A stretch of 64,000 bases of DNA, from NCBI GenBank assembly GCA_965247115.1, contig CBDFGR010000002.1:864001-928000 (forward strand), written 5' to 3'. The notes below the pieces were generated by a model. It was given only the letters and a program-made list of their open reading frames with translations. It searched no databases and was not told the origin of the DNA. This stretch comes from Myxococcota bacterium (GTDB lineage: Bacteria; Myxococcota_A; UBA9160; SZUA-336). A program made the position numbers and the translations under genes. Shown piece by piece: positions 45,473-55,345 of the stretch. Within the stretch, counting starts at the first letter, position 1. Each line of letters begins with the position of its first letter.

Positions 45473-46105
45473 ATGTCGGCGCCGATCGAACAGAGGCTGA
45501 ACCGCTGGCTGAGTGAGGAGCACGGGATCGAGGAGCCCCGTCGCGTCGTGCGCGCCAGTAGCGAGCGTATCCTGGTCTCCAAGGTCGCGCCCCACTTCGC
45601 GTTGGACCTGTTCCAGCTGGTTGAGCTCACGCCCGAGCTGTTCGAGGAGGCACACGTGATCGAGGCCTGCGCAGCTCGGGCTCGACGTGCCGATCCCGCA
45701 ACTCCGCGCAGCGAGAACTGGCGTTCCGCCCTGCACACGCTGCTCTCCCAGCTCGGAACGCTACGGGGGTTGCCCGACGACCGCCTCGCTGAGATACGCG
45801 TGGGGATCGACTCCGTCTTTGCGGTTCTGGAGTCCGTGCTCTGGACGCACCCGCGGCTCGCCGACCGCTACGTGCCGAACGAAGGAGAGATCGCGGCGTA
45901 CCGCGAGTGTGTCACCCGCCTCGATCGCGACCACGGTCTCTTCACGCGTACTTATGGCCAGTTCGAGGGTCGCAGGGTCGAGAACCACTGCCCAGGTGCC
46001 GCGCTCGCGCGCACGCTCCTGGCGCACGCGTGGCGCGCTTGTACGGGCACGCCGGTCCCAGACTCTGGCTCCGAGCACGCGCATACCGAGCCCGCCTGCA
46101 CGTGA
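45473..46105 (+). CDS. Hypothetical protein
   Basis: 210-aa ORF with typical codon usage; GTGA overlap with the next gene; TACGAT 7 nt upstream. Confidence 0.7.
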   Translation: MSAPIEQRLNRWLSEEHGIEEPRRVVRASSERILVSKVAPHFALDLFQLVELTPELFEEAHVIEACAARARRADPATPRSENWRSALHTLLSQLGTLRGLPDDRLAEIRVGIDSVFAVLESVLWTHPRLADRYVPNEGEIAAYRECVTRLDRDHGLFTRTYGQFEGRRVENHCPGAALARTLLAHAWRACTGTPVPDSGSEHAHTEPACT

Positions 46106-47355
46106 CCGAGCGGTTGCCGGCAGCAGACAGCGAGTCACCCGCTGGAAGCCCGGAGGGTGCGCTCTCCGACCTCGTCATTCTCGAGTGCGTCGGAGGTGTC
46201 GCCGGGGCATTCTGCGGCAAGGCGTTTGCCGACCTGGGCGCCGACGTGATCAAGGTCGAACCGCCCGATGGCGACCCGAGTCGCCGCGACGGCCCGTTCC
46301 CGAACGACGAGCCGCACCCGGAAAAGAGTGGCCGCTTCTTGTACCTGAACGCGAACAAACGAGGCATCACGCTGAACCTCGAGTCCCCGCGGGGACGCGA
46401 CGTTCTGCGCGAGCTAACGCGCTCGGTCGACGCCCTCATCATCGATTGGGCGCCAAAGGCGCTACACGAGGCTGGGCTCGAGTGGGAGCGCCTGCACGAG
46501 GGGAACCCTCGCCTCGTGCAGAGCTGCATCAGCCCGTACGGGCTGACCGGCCCGTACTGCGACTACAAGGGTACGAACCTGACCGCGTACCACGTTGGAG
46601 GGCTGGGCCGCGAGACGCCCTACAACCAGGTGACCGACCTGGAGGCCGAGCCTCCCCTCCTCGGTGGCGGGTTTCAGGCGGAGTTCCTCACGGGCTGGAC
46701 GGCAGCGACGACGTTGCTCGCGGCACTGTGCGCGCGAGATCTGACCGGCACAGGTCAGCTCGCCGACGTGGGGGCGATGGAGTCCGTGGCCAACCTGCTG
46801 AGGGTGACGCTCGCGGCAGCGAGCTACACCGGACGCAACCCGACGCGCGAGAAGGCGGGCTTCGGCTGGGTGCAGCCGTGCAAGGATGGCCATGTGTCGC
46901 TCTCCCCCTTCACGCTCGACCACTGGTTCGCGCGCTTCAAGCAGATGGCGGGCAAGCCCGACTGGGCGGAGGAGGAGGTGTTCGGAAGCCTGCGCAGCCG
47001 GTTGGAGAACGCCGACGTGCTGGAGACGCTGTCAGAGCAGTGGCTCGCCGACCGCTCGCGGAGCGAGGTCTACGAGCTGGCGCTCGAGCACAAAGTCCCC
47101 GGCTTTCCGGTCCAGAGCATGCGGGAGGTGGTGGAGTCCGAGCAGCTGCGTGCGCGCGAGTTCTTTGTCGAGGTCGACCACCCACTTGCCGGTCGCGTGG
47201 AGCAGCCCGGCCCACCTGCCCGCTACTCGAAGACTCCCTGGCAGATTCGGCGTCCGGCACCGCTGCTTGGACAGCACACGCGGGAGGTGCTGTGTGCTGC
47301 ACTGGGGTATACCGGAGCAGACGTGGTTGCACTCCGGCGGACGGGGATCGTGTGA
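46102..47355 (+). CDS. Class III (CaiB/BaiF) CoA-transferase, probable non-catalytic subunit
   Basis: ADLGADVIKVEPPDGD, LNANKRGITLNL, APLLGQHT; has FQAEFLTG where the catalytic Asp is expected. Confidence 0.9.
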   Translation: MTERLPAADSESPAGSPEGALSDLVILECVGGVAGAFCGKAFADLGADVIKVEPPDGDPSRRDGPFPNDEPHPEKSGRFLYLNANKRGITLNLESPRGRDVLRELTRSVDALIIDWAPKALHEAGLEWERLHEGNPRLVQSCISPYGLTGPYCDYKGTNLTAYHVGGLGRETPYNQVTDLEAEPPLLGGGFQAEFLTGWTAATTLLAALCARDLTGTGQLADVGAMESVANLLRVTLAAASYTGRNPTREKAGFGWVQPCKDGHVSLSPFTLDHWFARFKQMAGKPDWAEEEVFGSLRSRLENADVLETLSEQWLADRSRSEVYELALEHKVPGFPVQSMREVVESEQLRAREFFVEVDHPLAGRVEQPGPPARYSKTPWQIRRPAPLLGQHTREVLCAALGYTGADVVALRRTGIV

Positions 47356-48566
47356 TGCCACAGCCTCTGGAGGGAGTGCGTGTTGCGGACTTCGGCTGGA
47401 TCCTGGCCGTGCCTCACGCCACCGCATGGCTCGGTTGCCTCGGAGCCGAGGTGATCCACATCGAGTCCATGGCGCGCCCCGACGTGGTTCGCATGTTCCC
47501 CGGCTCGGGGCCAGACGGCCAGGACGGCATTAATCGGAGCGGCGCCTTCAACGGGCTCTCCTACAGCAAGAAGAGTGTCACGCTGGACCTCTCCACCGCG
47601 CGCGGCGTCGAGCTGGCGAAGCAGCTCGTTGCGCGCTGCGACTTGGTGACGGAGAACTTCACGCCCGGTGTGATGAAGCGACTGGGCCTCGACTACGAAC
47701 AGCTGCGGGAGATCAAGCCCGACCTGGTCATGCTCTCCGGCTCCCCTCTCGGACAGACGGGTCCGCAGCGGCGGGCCACCGGCTGGGGGCCGAATACCCA
47801 GGCCTTCGCGGGCCTCCCCTACCTGACGGGCTACGTCGACGGTCCGCCCGTGGGCCTCGGCGGCTTCTATCCGGACTTCATGGTCGGCGTGTCCATGGTC
47901 TTCTCGCTTCTGGCGGCGCTGCGCCACCGCGCCCGCACGGGCGAGGGACAGCACATCGAGCTCGCCATGGCAGAGACGGTCGCCTCGATGATCCCCGACG
48001 CGCTGCTCGATTACACCATGAACGGTCGCGAGCCGACCCGCAGCGGGAACCGTCATCCCGGCATGGCACCTCACGGCGTCTATCCCTGCAAGGGCGAGGA
48101 TAAGTGGGTGGCGATTGCCGTGGCGAACGACGCGGAATGGCAGACGTTGCGCCGTGTACTCGGAGACCCGGAGTGGACCCGAGGCCCAGAGCTCGACGAC
48201 ACCTTTGGCCGGCTTCACCACCAGGAGCAGATCGACGCGGGACTCTCGGAATGGACCCGAGAACGGAGCCACTACAACGTGATGCACGAGCTACAGGCCG
48301 AGGGCATTGCAGCGGCGCCCTGCCTCGACGCACGGGAGCTGGCCGAAGATCCGCAGCTGCGGGCGCGGGGGCTGCTCGTGCAGATCGACCACCCCGAGGT
48401 AGGCGCGCGCGCGGTTGCGGGGCTGCCGGGCCGGTATAGCGACATGGAGTACGCCTACGCTCCAGCGCCGCTGCTGGGCCAGCACAACCACGAGGTGCTC
48501 TGCGGACTCCTCGGGATCCCTGCCGAAGAGCTCGAGGAGCTAACCGAGCAGCAGGTCGTGTTCTGA
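47355..48566 (+). CDS. Class III CoA-transferase, catalytic subunit
   Basis: PLEGVRVADF, KKSVTLDL, ENFTPGVMKRLGLDY, YPDFMVG (Asp); TGATG coupling. Confidence 0.92.
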   Translation: MPQPLEGVRVADFGWILAVPHATAWLGCLGAEVIHIESMARPDVVRMFPGSGPDGQDGINRSGAFNGLSYSKKSVTLDLSTARGVELAKQLVARCDLVTENFTPGVMKRLGLDYEQLREIKPDLVMLSGSPLGQTGPQRRATGWGPNTQAFAGLPYLTGYVDGPPVGLGGFYPDFMVGVSMVFSLLAALRHRARTGEGQHIELAMAETVASMIPDALLDYTMNGREPTRSGNRHPGMAPHGVYPCKGEDKWVAIAVANDAEWQTLRRVLGDPEWTRGPELDDTFGRLHHQEQIDAGLSEWTRERSHYNVMHELQAEGIAAAPCLDARELAEDPQLRARGLLVQIDHPEVGARAVAGLPGRYSDMEYAYAPAPLLGQHNHEVLCGLLGIPAEELEELTEQQVVF

Positions 48567-48585
48567 GCAGAGTGCTCGCGCCGGC

Positions 48586-49347
48586 TCAGGAGATGCTGCG
48601 CCCTCCGTCGACGTCGAGACAGACGCCCGTCAGGAACTCGGCGTCGTCCGAGGCGAGGAACGCGATCGCCGCTGCGACGTCGCGAGGCTCCGCCAGGCGT
48701 CCCATGGGGATACCGCGGATGAGCGCGGCTCGCGCGCGCTCGGTCAGCGTTTCCGCGCCCGTCGCCCCCTTCATGAAGTTCGTCTCCGCAGCGACGGGAT
48801 TGACCGCGTTCACACGAATCTCGGGCGCGAGCTCGACTGCAAGACCGCGCGTGAGTGTAACCACCGCAGCCTTGGTCGCATTGTAGGCGGTCACGTTCGG
48901 GCGCGGTGCCACGGCACCGATCGACGCCGTGTTCACGATCACGCCAGCTCCGCGAGCCTTCATCACCGGAATCGCGTACTTCGCCCCCAGGTAGACGCCC
49001 TTCACGTTCACCGCGAACACCCGGTCGAACTCCTGCTCAGGTAGCTCTTCGAGCGGCATTCCCAGGTGTGAGAAGCCAGCGTTGTTCACGAGCACGTCCA
49101 GACCATCGAAGCGCCGGACGCTGACATCCACCATGGCAGCCACATCCTCGGAGCGCGAGACGTCGGTGCGGGCGAAGAGTGCACGTCCCCCGTCCGATTC
49201 GATCGCCGCCACGACTTCCTTGCCACCCGCCTCGTCGATGTCGGCCACCACGACCGCCGCCCCCTCGATAGCGAAGCGCCTGGCGATCGCCGCACCGAAG
49301 CCCGAGGCGGCTCCGGTGACGACCGCGACCTTGGACTGAAATCTCAT
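48586..49347 (-). CDS. SDR family oxidoreductase
   Basis: TGAASGFG, NNAG, YNATK, VDGGRSI; ATGA overlap with the thioesterase. Confidence 0.92.
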   Translation of the reverse strand: MRFQSKVAVVTGAASGFGAAIARRFAIEGAAVVVADIDEAGGKEVVAAIESDGGRALFARTDVSRSEDVAAMVDVSVRRFDGLDVLVNNAGFSHLGMPLEELPEQEFDRVFAVNVKGVYLGAKYAIPVMKARGAGVIVNTASIGAVAPRPNVTAYNATKAAVVTLTRGLAVELAPEIRVNAVNPVAAETNFMKGATGAETLTERARAALIRGIPMGRLAEPRDVAAAIAFLASDDAEFLTGVCLDVDGGRSIS

Positions 49348-49781
49348 CGGGGATCTCGGATCGTCACGGTACCCTGGGCGATCCCGACAAGCCGCCCCTC
49401 GTTCGTCACGTCGATCCTCACGACCGCCATCCTGCGGGTCATGGAGATCACGCTGGCGTCCGCAGCGATGGTTCCCGTGCTCACTGGGGCGAGCAGGTTG
49501 ATCTTGAACTCGGTTGTTGCGGCCCATTGCCCCTTCTTCATGAGCGGGTAGCAGACACAGCCGAGTACGTGATCGCAGACCGCCGAGAGCACACCGCCGT
49601 GGATATTCCCGAAGCCCGTCTGCAGCTCCTCGAAGACGTCCATCTCCACGCGCATCGTGCCGGGGCCGACGTCGACGATGTCGAGGCCGAGATACTTCGG
49701 GAGGCCCGTGACCCGACCAGCGGACTTCAGAAAGGCTTCGGCGATCTTCGCATCGTAGCGGTCCTCAAAGCCCTGACCCAT
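49344..49781 (-). CDS. PaaI family thioesterase
   Basis: GNIHGGVLSAVCD, TTEFKINLLAPV; AGGAGG RBS. Confidence 0.9.
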   Translation of the reverse strand: MGQGFEDRYDAKIAEAFLKSAGRVTGLPKYLGLDIVDVGPGTMRVEMDVFEELQTGFGNIHGGVLSAVCDHVLGCVCYPLMKKGQWAATTEFKINLLAPVSTGTIAADASVISMTRRMAVVRIDVTNEGRLVGIAQGTVTIRDPR

Positions 49782-49863
49782 TCGATCCTCCTGGGGCGCC
49801 GGGGCGCCGGGACGTTCACGATACCACCACCGGAAGCGCGAGGTGATAGCATGCACTGCGGCG

Positions 49864-50700
49864 ATGACGACGGAGTCGAAAGAAACCGGGCCTCGGCGCA
49901 GCCTGCCTCCCGTAGAGGAGCGTGAGTGGAGGCACGTGCTGTGGGATGTCTCCACAGCGGGCGTGCTCTCGATCGTGCTGAACCGCCCTGAGCGACTGAA
50001 CGCGCTCAACTTCCGCCTGCTGCGAGAGGTGCACCAGCTGATCCAGCACGCCCGGAGCGCGCAGGAGATCCGGGTGATCGCGATCCGCGGCACCGGTACG
50101 CGCTCGTTCTGCTCCGGCGACGACCTGAAGGGCATGGAAGGGGAGCCGGGCGTCGACAGCTCCGCGACCGTGCATCACCCGCTGCTGTCGGCGATTCGCG
50201 AGCTTCCGAAGCCCGTCGTCGCCCTGATCCGCGGCTGGGCGCTGGGCCACGGCTTCGAGCTGGCGAACGCGTGCGACCTGCGCCTGTGTGCAGACGACAT
50301 CGAGGTGGGCGACCACCGGACGACCCGCGCGATCGCACTGAATGGCGGAAGCTCGTGGTTCGTCCCGCGCCTCGTCGGGTACGGACGCGCGCTGGAGCTG
50401 CTCATGACGGGCCGACACCTGAAGGCGCAAGAGGCTCTCGAGTGGGGCTGGGCCACCCGCGTCTGGCCCGTGGACGAGTTCGACAAGTGCGCGGCCGAAT
50501 ACGTCGAGATGCTGGCGCGGCTCCCAACCATCACGGCCGGCGTCTACAAGGACGCGATCGAGTTCTCGGCAAATCACAGCCTGCGCGATTCGCTGGCCCA
50601 CGAGCTCGAGGTCGGCGAGCGCAGCCGGAACACGGAGGACGCGCGGGAAGGCTTCGCGTCCTTCCACGAGAAACGGACCCCCAGCTTCAAGGGCCGTTGA
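49864..50700 (+). CDS. Enoyl-CoA hydratase/isomerase
   Basis: LNRPERLNA, FCSGDDL, GHGFELANACDLR, FHEKRTPSFKGR; start approximate. Confidence 0.9.
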   Translation: MTTESKETGPRRSLPPVEEREWRHVLWDVSTAGVLSIVLNRPERLNALNFRLLREVHQLIQHARSAQEIRVIAIRGTGTRSFCSGDDLKGMEGEPGVDSSATVHHPLLSAIRELPKPVVALIRGWALGHGFELANACDLRLCADDIEVGDHRTTRAIALNGGSSWFVPRLVGYGRALELLMTGRHLKAQEALEWGWATRVWPVDEFDKCAAEYVEMLARLPTITAGVYKDAIEFSANHSLRDSLAHELEVGERSRNTEDAREGFASFHEKRTPSFKGR

Positions 50701-51899
50701 GCGCGGACGCACTCGCCGATCTCGTCGTCCTCGACCTAGCCCAGGACGTGGCTGGTCCGTATTGCGCAAAGCTGTTTGCGGACTTTGGCGCAACGGTGAT
50801 CAAGCTGGAGCCCGCGGGCGGCGATCGGGCGCGCGCCCTGCCTCCGCTCAAGGAGGGGGCGCCCGAGGGCGAGGCAAGCGGCGTCTTTGCTTACCTGAAC
50901 GCGAACAAGCGGAGCGCCACGCTGAACGTCGAGACGCCTGCGGCGGGGGACATGTTGCGCCGGCTGGTCGCGAAAGCGGACGTGATAGTCGAGAGCTTCC
51001 CGCCGGGCTGGCTCGACGAGCTCGGCCTCGGCTACGCCGAGCTCCAGGCGCTCCAGCCGGAGCTCGTGATGACGTCGCTCTCGTGGTTCGGGCAGTCGGG
51101 CCCGTATCGCGACTTCGCCGCAAACGACCGCATCATCCACGCGCTGACCGGCGTGGTGCAAGGGATGGGAACCCCTGAAGGCCCTCCGCTCCTCCCGAGC
51201 GGCTACGGGAACCAGTTCGTGGCAGGCACGACGGGGTTCATCGGCAGCATGGGCGCGCTGCACGGACGTCTTGCCGGTCAGGGCGGAAGGCACGTCGATC
51301 AGAGCATCTTCGAGGCCGCGCTCTGCTTCACGGAAGTGGGCGGGGTTGCGGCACAACACAGACAGCTGCGACCGCGGCGACTGGGGATCAACCGCTTCCC
51401 TCCCACGTTCCCTGGCGGCATCTATCCCTGCAAGGACGGCTGGATCGGGATTACAGCGCTAACCCCACCGCAGTGGAAGGCCTTCTGCGTGCTGGTCGAG
51501 CTCCCCGAGCTGGACAGCATGGAGTACGCGACGTCGATCAAGCGGGTCCTCGCGGCAGACACCCTCGAGGCGCGCTTCGGTCCGCGGCTACTCGAGCGCA
51601 GCGCCGACGAATGGCTCGAGCGGGGACAGGCCACCCGGATCCCCTTCGCGCCCGTGCCGACCATGGCGGATCTTCTCCGCCTGCCGAATTTTCGCGAGCG
51701 CGGCGCCTTCGCACCCATCACCCACCCGGACCTCGGCACGTTCGAGGTCCCGACGACACCCTTCCACCTGCTGCGCACCCCCGCGCGGGCCGGGGGCCCC
51801 GTCGCACGACTGGGCCAACACACGACCGAGATCTACCGCGAGCTTCTCCGCGTCGACGAGCCCGAGCTCGCAGAGCTCCGCAGACACGGAGCGGTCTAA
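50697..51899 (+). CDS. Class III CoA-transferase, probable non-catalytic subunit
   Basis: AGPYCAKLFADFGA, LNANKRS; YGNQFVAG lacks the Asp; TTG start overlaps the upstream stop. Confidence 0.88.
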   Translation: MSADALADLVVLDLAQDVAGPYCAKLFADFGATVIKLEPAGGDRARALPPLKEGAPEGEASGVFAYLNANKRSATLNVETPAAGDMLRRLVAKADVIVESFPPGWLDELGLGYAELQALQPELVMTSLSWFGQSGPYRDFAANDRIIHALTGVVQGMGTPEGPPLLPSGYGNQFVAGTTGFIGSMGALHGRLAGQGGRHVDQSIFEAALCFTEVGGVAAQHRQLRPRRLGINRFPPTFPGGIYPCKDGWIGITALTPPQWKAFCVLVELPELDSMEYATSIKRVLAADTLEARFGPRLLERSADEWLERGQATRIPFAPVPTMADLLRLPNFRERGAFAPITHPDLGTFEVPTTPFHLLRTPARAGGPVARLGQHTTEIYRELLRVDEPELAELRRHGAV

Positions 51900-51901
51900 C
51901 C

Positions 51902-53152
51902 ATGACCCGAACGCGGAACGTGGATCGGTTTCTCGACGGTGTGCGGGTCATCGATTTGTCGATGGGGTGGTCCGGGCCGCTGGCGGCGCGGCATCTCGCG
52001 GACATGGGGGCGCAGGTGATCAAGGTCGAGGCCTGTCAGCACCTCGACTGGTGGCGAGGCTGGGAAGGGACGCCCGCCGGTGACGAGTTCGAGGAGTCCG
52101 TGGCCTTCAACACCGCGAACCGGAACAAGCTCGGGATCACGCTCGACCTGACCTCCGAGCTCGGGGTCGCGCTGCTGAAGCGACTGGTCGAGCTCGCAGA
52201 CATCGTGCTGGAGAACAACGCCGCAGGCGTTCTGCCGAGACTCGGACTCGACTACGCGAGCCTGCGCGCGAGAAACCCCGAGCTCATCATGGCGTCGATG
52301 CCAGCCTTCGGGGGCGAGGGGCCCTGGCGCGAGTATCGCGCGTACGGCTCGACGGTGGAGCAGGCCTCGGGTATTCCTCATCTGAACGGCGCGCCTGACG
52401 GACCTCCGACCATGCAGCACGTGGCGCTCGGGGATCCTGTCGCCGGACTGAACGCGGCCTCGGCGCTGCTCGTCGCACTCTGGCACAAAAGACGAACTGG
52501 AGAGGGCCAGCGAATCGATCTCTCCCAGGTCGAGTGCCTGTTCCCCTTGGCCGCGCACGGGCTTCTCGAGCAGTCGCTCAACGGGCGGGCCTTCCAGCGC
52601 CCTGGCAACGAGCTACCCGGTCAAGCTCCATACGGCGTGTACCCCTGCAAGGGCGACGATCGCTGGGTCGCCGTGACCGTGAGCGACGACGCAGCCTGGC
52701 TCGCCCTGTGTACCGCCATCGAACGTCCTGACCTTGCGGACGACCCGAGCCTTCGCGCCAGCGCAGGTCGCGACGCCGCACGCAGCCGCGTCGACGAGGC
52801 TCTCTCCACCTGGACTCGCGAGCACGACCCGGAGACCGTCATGTCCCGGTTTCAGGCAGTGGGGGTCCCGGCCGCCGCCGTTCGCTACACCGGAGAGATG
52901 CTCGCGGACCCGCAGCTGCGCGCTCGAGGCTTCTGGCAGACTCTCGAGCGTGACTTCGTGGGCCCCCTTCCGCATCCGGCAGCGCCGTACCGCTTCCGCG
53001 CAGAGCCGCTTCCCGTGAGCACCCCGGCACCGACGCTCGGCCAGCACAGCCGGCAGGTGCTGACGGAGCTGCTCGGACTGGAGCCCGCGGAGCTCGACGC
53101 GCTCGAAGCCCAGGGAGTCATCGGAACGCGACCTGCGCGCAAGGCGACCTAG
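51902..53152 (+). CDS. Class III CoA-transferase, catalytic subunit
   Basis: LDGVRVIDL, NRNKLGITLDL, LGDPVAG (Asp), APTLGQHS. Confidence 0.92.
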   Translation: MTRTRNVDRFLDGVRVIDLSMGWSGPLAARHLADMGAQVIKVEACQHLDWWRGWEGTPAGDEFEESVAFNTANRNKLGITLDLTSELGVALLKRLVELADIVLENNAAGVLPRLGLDYASLRARNPELIMASMPAFGGEGPWREYRAYGSTVEQASGIPHLNGAPDGPPTMQHVALGDPVAGLNAASALLVALWHKRRTGEGQRIDLSQVECLFPLAAHGLLEQSLNGRAFQRPGNELPGQAPYGVYPCKGDDRWVAVTVSDDAAWLALCTAIERPDLADDPSLRASAGRDAARSRVDEALSTWTREHDPETVMSRFQAVGVPAAAVRYTGEMLADPQLRARGFWQTLERDFVGPLPHPAAPYRFRAEPLPVSTPAPTLGQHSRQVLTELLGLEPAELDALEAQGVIGTRPARKAT

Positions 53153-53161
53153 GCGATAGAC

Positions 53162-53230
53162 ATGCGCCTCGGCATCAAGACGGCTCCACAGCGCACGAGC
53201 TGCGACGAGCTGCGACTCGTACTCTGGTAG
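53162..53230 (+). pseudogene. 22-codon stub resembling the N-terminus of an LLM/F420 oxidoreductase
   Basis: MRLGIKTAPQRTSCDELRLVLW* resembles the MRFGIKTxPQxTTWxxLxxVW start of one LLM subfamily (from memory). Confidence 0.45.
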
Positions 53231-53254
53231 GCTCGAATCCGGGGAGGAACAAGG

Positions 53255-54337
53255 ATGGGCGCCACACAGCTGCACGCCGAGATCGACCCGGACGAGCTCC
53301 GGGCGTATTCGTTCAACGTCTGGAACTTCAAGCAGGGCGAGGTCGTCTCGCTCATGATCCACCTGGGCGACCGTCTCGGTCTGTACCGGGCCCTGGAGGG
53401 CGCGGGCCCGCTCACCGCGGCCGGGCTGGCCGAGCGCACCGGACTCCAGGAGCGTTGGCTACTGGAGTGGCTGCGAAACCAGACGGCCGCGCGCCTGCTG
53501 CGCTACCACGAGGGCGACCGCTTCGAGCTCACGCCAACCGGGGCCGCAGTGCTCGCAGACGAGGAGAGCCGTGCCTTCTCGGCCGGGGCGTTCTCCGAGC
53601 CGACAGGGTCCGGTGTCGTCGACCGGCTGGTCGAGGCGTTCCAGACCGGGATCGGGCTCACGTATCAGGAGCTGGGCCCGAACGCGGCCCATCGCACGGA
53701 GCGCATGCTCGGCCCCTGGGTGCGGCATTCGCTCGTGCCAGAGATCATCCCCGCGCTTCCCGGCGTATCGGCCCGGCTCTCGGCGGGCGGCGTGGCCGCC
53801 GACGTGGGCTGCGGCGCGGGGGTGGCACTGCTCGCCATGGCCGAAGCGTTCCCGAGCGCCGAGTTCCACGGCTACGATCCGAGCGCGCACGCAATCGAGC
53901 GCGCCCGGAGCAACGTAGCCGAGCGCGGCCTGGAGAACGTGCGGCTCCAGGTTGCCGGCGGCGAGGACCTGCCGCGCGAGCCGACCTACGACTTCCTGAT
54001 CACCTTCGACTGCATGCACGACATGACCCGGCCGACCCAGGTCACGGCCGCGATCCGGCGGGCCCTGCGGCCGGACGGGACCTGGCTGATCAAGGACATC
54101 CGGAGCAAGCCGCGTTTCGAGGACAACCTGCGCAACCCGCTACTCGCCATGTTCTACGGCTTCTCCGTGTCGGCCTGCATGTCCTCGGCGCTATCAGAGC
54201 CGGGCGGCGAGGGGCTCGGGACACTGGGCTTCAACCCCGAGGTGGCGGAGAAGATGGTTCGCACAGCGGGCTTCACGCACTTTGTCATGCACGACTTCGA
54301 CGACCCGGGGAATCTCTACTACGAGGTCCGGCCCTAG
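53255..54337 (+). CDS. Class I SAM-dependent methyltransferase with N-terminal wHTH (Rv2258c-like)
   Basis: GDRLGLYRAL, LAERTGLQERWLLEWL, ADVGCGAG, FDCMHD. Confidence 0.9.
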   Translation: MGATQLHAEIDPDELRAYSFNVWNFKQGEVVSLMIHLGDRLGLYRALEGAGPLTAAGLAERTGLQERWLLEWLRNQTAARLLRYHEGDRFELTPTGAAVLADEESRAFSAGAFSEPTGSGVVDRLVEAFQTGIGLTYQELGPNAAHRTERMLGPWVRHSLVPEIIPALPGVSARLSAGGVAADVGCGAGVALLAMAEAFPSAEFHGYDPSAHAIERARSNVAERGLENVRLQVAGGEDLPREPTYDFLITFDCMHDMTRPTQVTAAIRRALRPDGTWLIKDIRSKPRFEDNLRNPLLAMFYGFSVSACMSSALSEPGGEGLGTLGFNPEVAEKMVRTAGFTHFVMHDFDDPGNLYYEVRP

Positions 54338-54349
54338 TCGGAGGGGCGG

Positions 54350-55345
54350 CTAGAACGCGAACTCGTCGGCGGTGAAGGCGTCCAGAGTTGCCTGGAGCTC
54401 GCCGGGGTCTTCGGAGATCGGGGCGATGATGTGCACGTGGATCCCGCCGGCGGCGTACTCCCGGATCCGATCCTGGCAGTACGCCTTGCTCCCGATGATG
54501 CAGATCTGATCGATCAGCTCGTCGGTCAGCGCGCGCGTGGTTCGCTCGCGGGATCGCTCCGCCCAGCCCTCCTCGATCTCCTTCGCCACGTCGTCGTAAC
54601 CCGCCCAGACCAGGAGTTTGTTGTAGACCGGGTTGGCGTAGTAGGGCGCGTGGTGCTTGCGGAAGAGATTGCGCGCGCGGTCGACGTCGTCGGTGACGCA
54701 GACCTGGTGTCGGTCCGCGACCTCGACTTCGGCGGGGTCCTTGCCCGCGCGTCGGGCACCGGCCGCGACGTGCTCCATCATCATGGGCAGCGCGTCGTGC
54801 GGGAACAGGTTGACGATGACGCCGTCGCCGACCCCCGCCGCGGCCTCGAGCATCTTGCCGCGCAGCGCCGCGACGTAGATGGGAACGGGTGGATCGAGTC
54901 CCGGCATGCGGAAGCCGTGGCTGGAGATGGTCTTGCCGTCGAAGTTCGTCTTCTCGCCGGCCAGCATCTGGCGGGTGAGCTCCACCGTCTCGCTCACCCG
55001 CGTCAGCGGCAGGCGCACCTCGACGCCGCTCCAGCCCCCCATGATCATCTGGCTGGAGGAGCCGAGCCCCAGAATGAAGCGGCCGGCGGCGAAGTGCTGG
55101 ATGCTGCCGCACGTCGCGGCGAGCACCGCGGACGAGCGCGTGTAGACCGGGACGATCGCGGTGCCGATCCGGACCCGGTTCGTCCGCTCGGCGACGGCCG
55201 GGACCAGCGTCAAGGAGTCGACGCCGCCGCTGTCAGCGAACCACACGTCATCGTACCCGCGACTCTCGGCGTAGTCGGCCAGGTCGAGGATCTGCTGGAC
55301 GTTGGGACTCGATAGGGTGAGACCGGTTCGCTGGCGTGGAGGCAT
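54350..55345 (-). CDS. LLM-class flavin/F420-dependent oxidoreductase
   Basis: GYDDVWFAD, IGTAIVPVYTR, GRFILGLGSS, PIYVAALRGKML. Confidence 0.9.
   Translation of the reverse strand: MPPRQRTGLTLSSPNVQQILDLADYAESRGYDDVWFADSGGVDSLTLVPAVAERTNRVRIGTAIVPVYTRSSAVLAATCGSIQHFAAGRFILGLGSSSQMIMGGWSGVEVRLPLTRVSETVELTRQMLAGEKTNFDGKTISSHGFRMPGLDPPVPIYVAALRGKMLEAAAGVGDGVIVNLFPHDALPMMMEHVAAGARRAGKDPAEVEVADRHQVCVTDDVDRARNLFRKHHAPYYANPVYNKLLVWAGYDDVAKEIEEGWAERSRERTTRALTDELIDQICIIGSKAYCQDRIREYAAGGIHVHIIAPISEDPGELQATLDAFTADEFAF

Noticed and set aside
45687..48566. 959-aa ORF (likewise the extended 50271, 51473, 16341 and 14620 ORFs) suggesting fusions
   Set aside because: Upstream parts are Arg/Pro-rich off-frame reads of neighbouring genes; true starts lie at or just after the upstream stops (47355, 50697, 51902, 16818, 14827).
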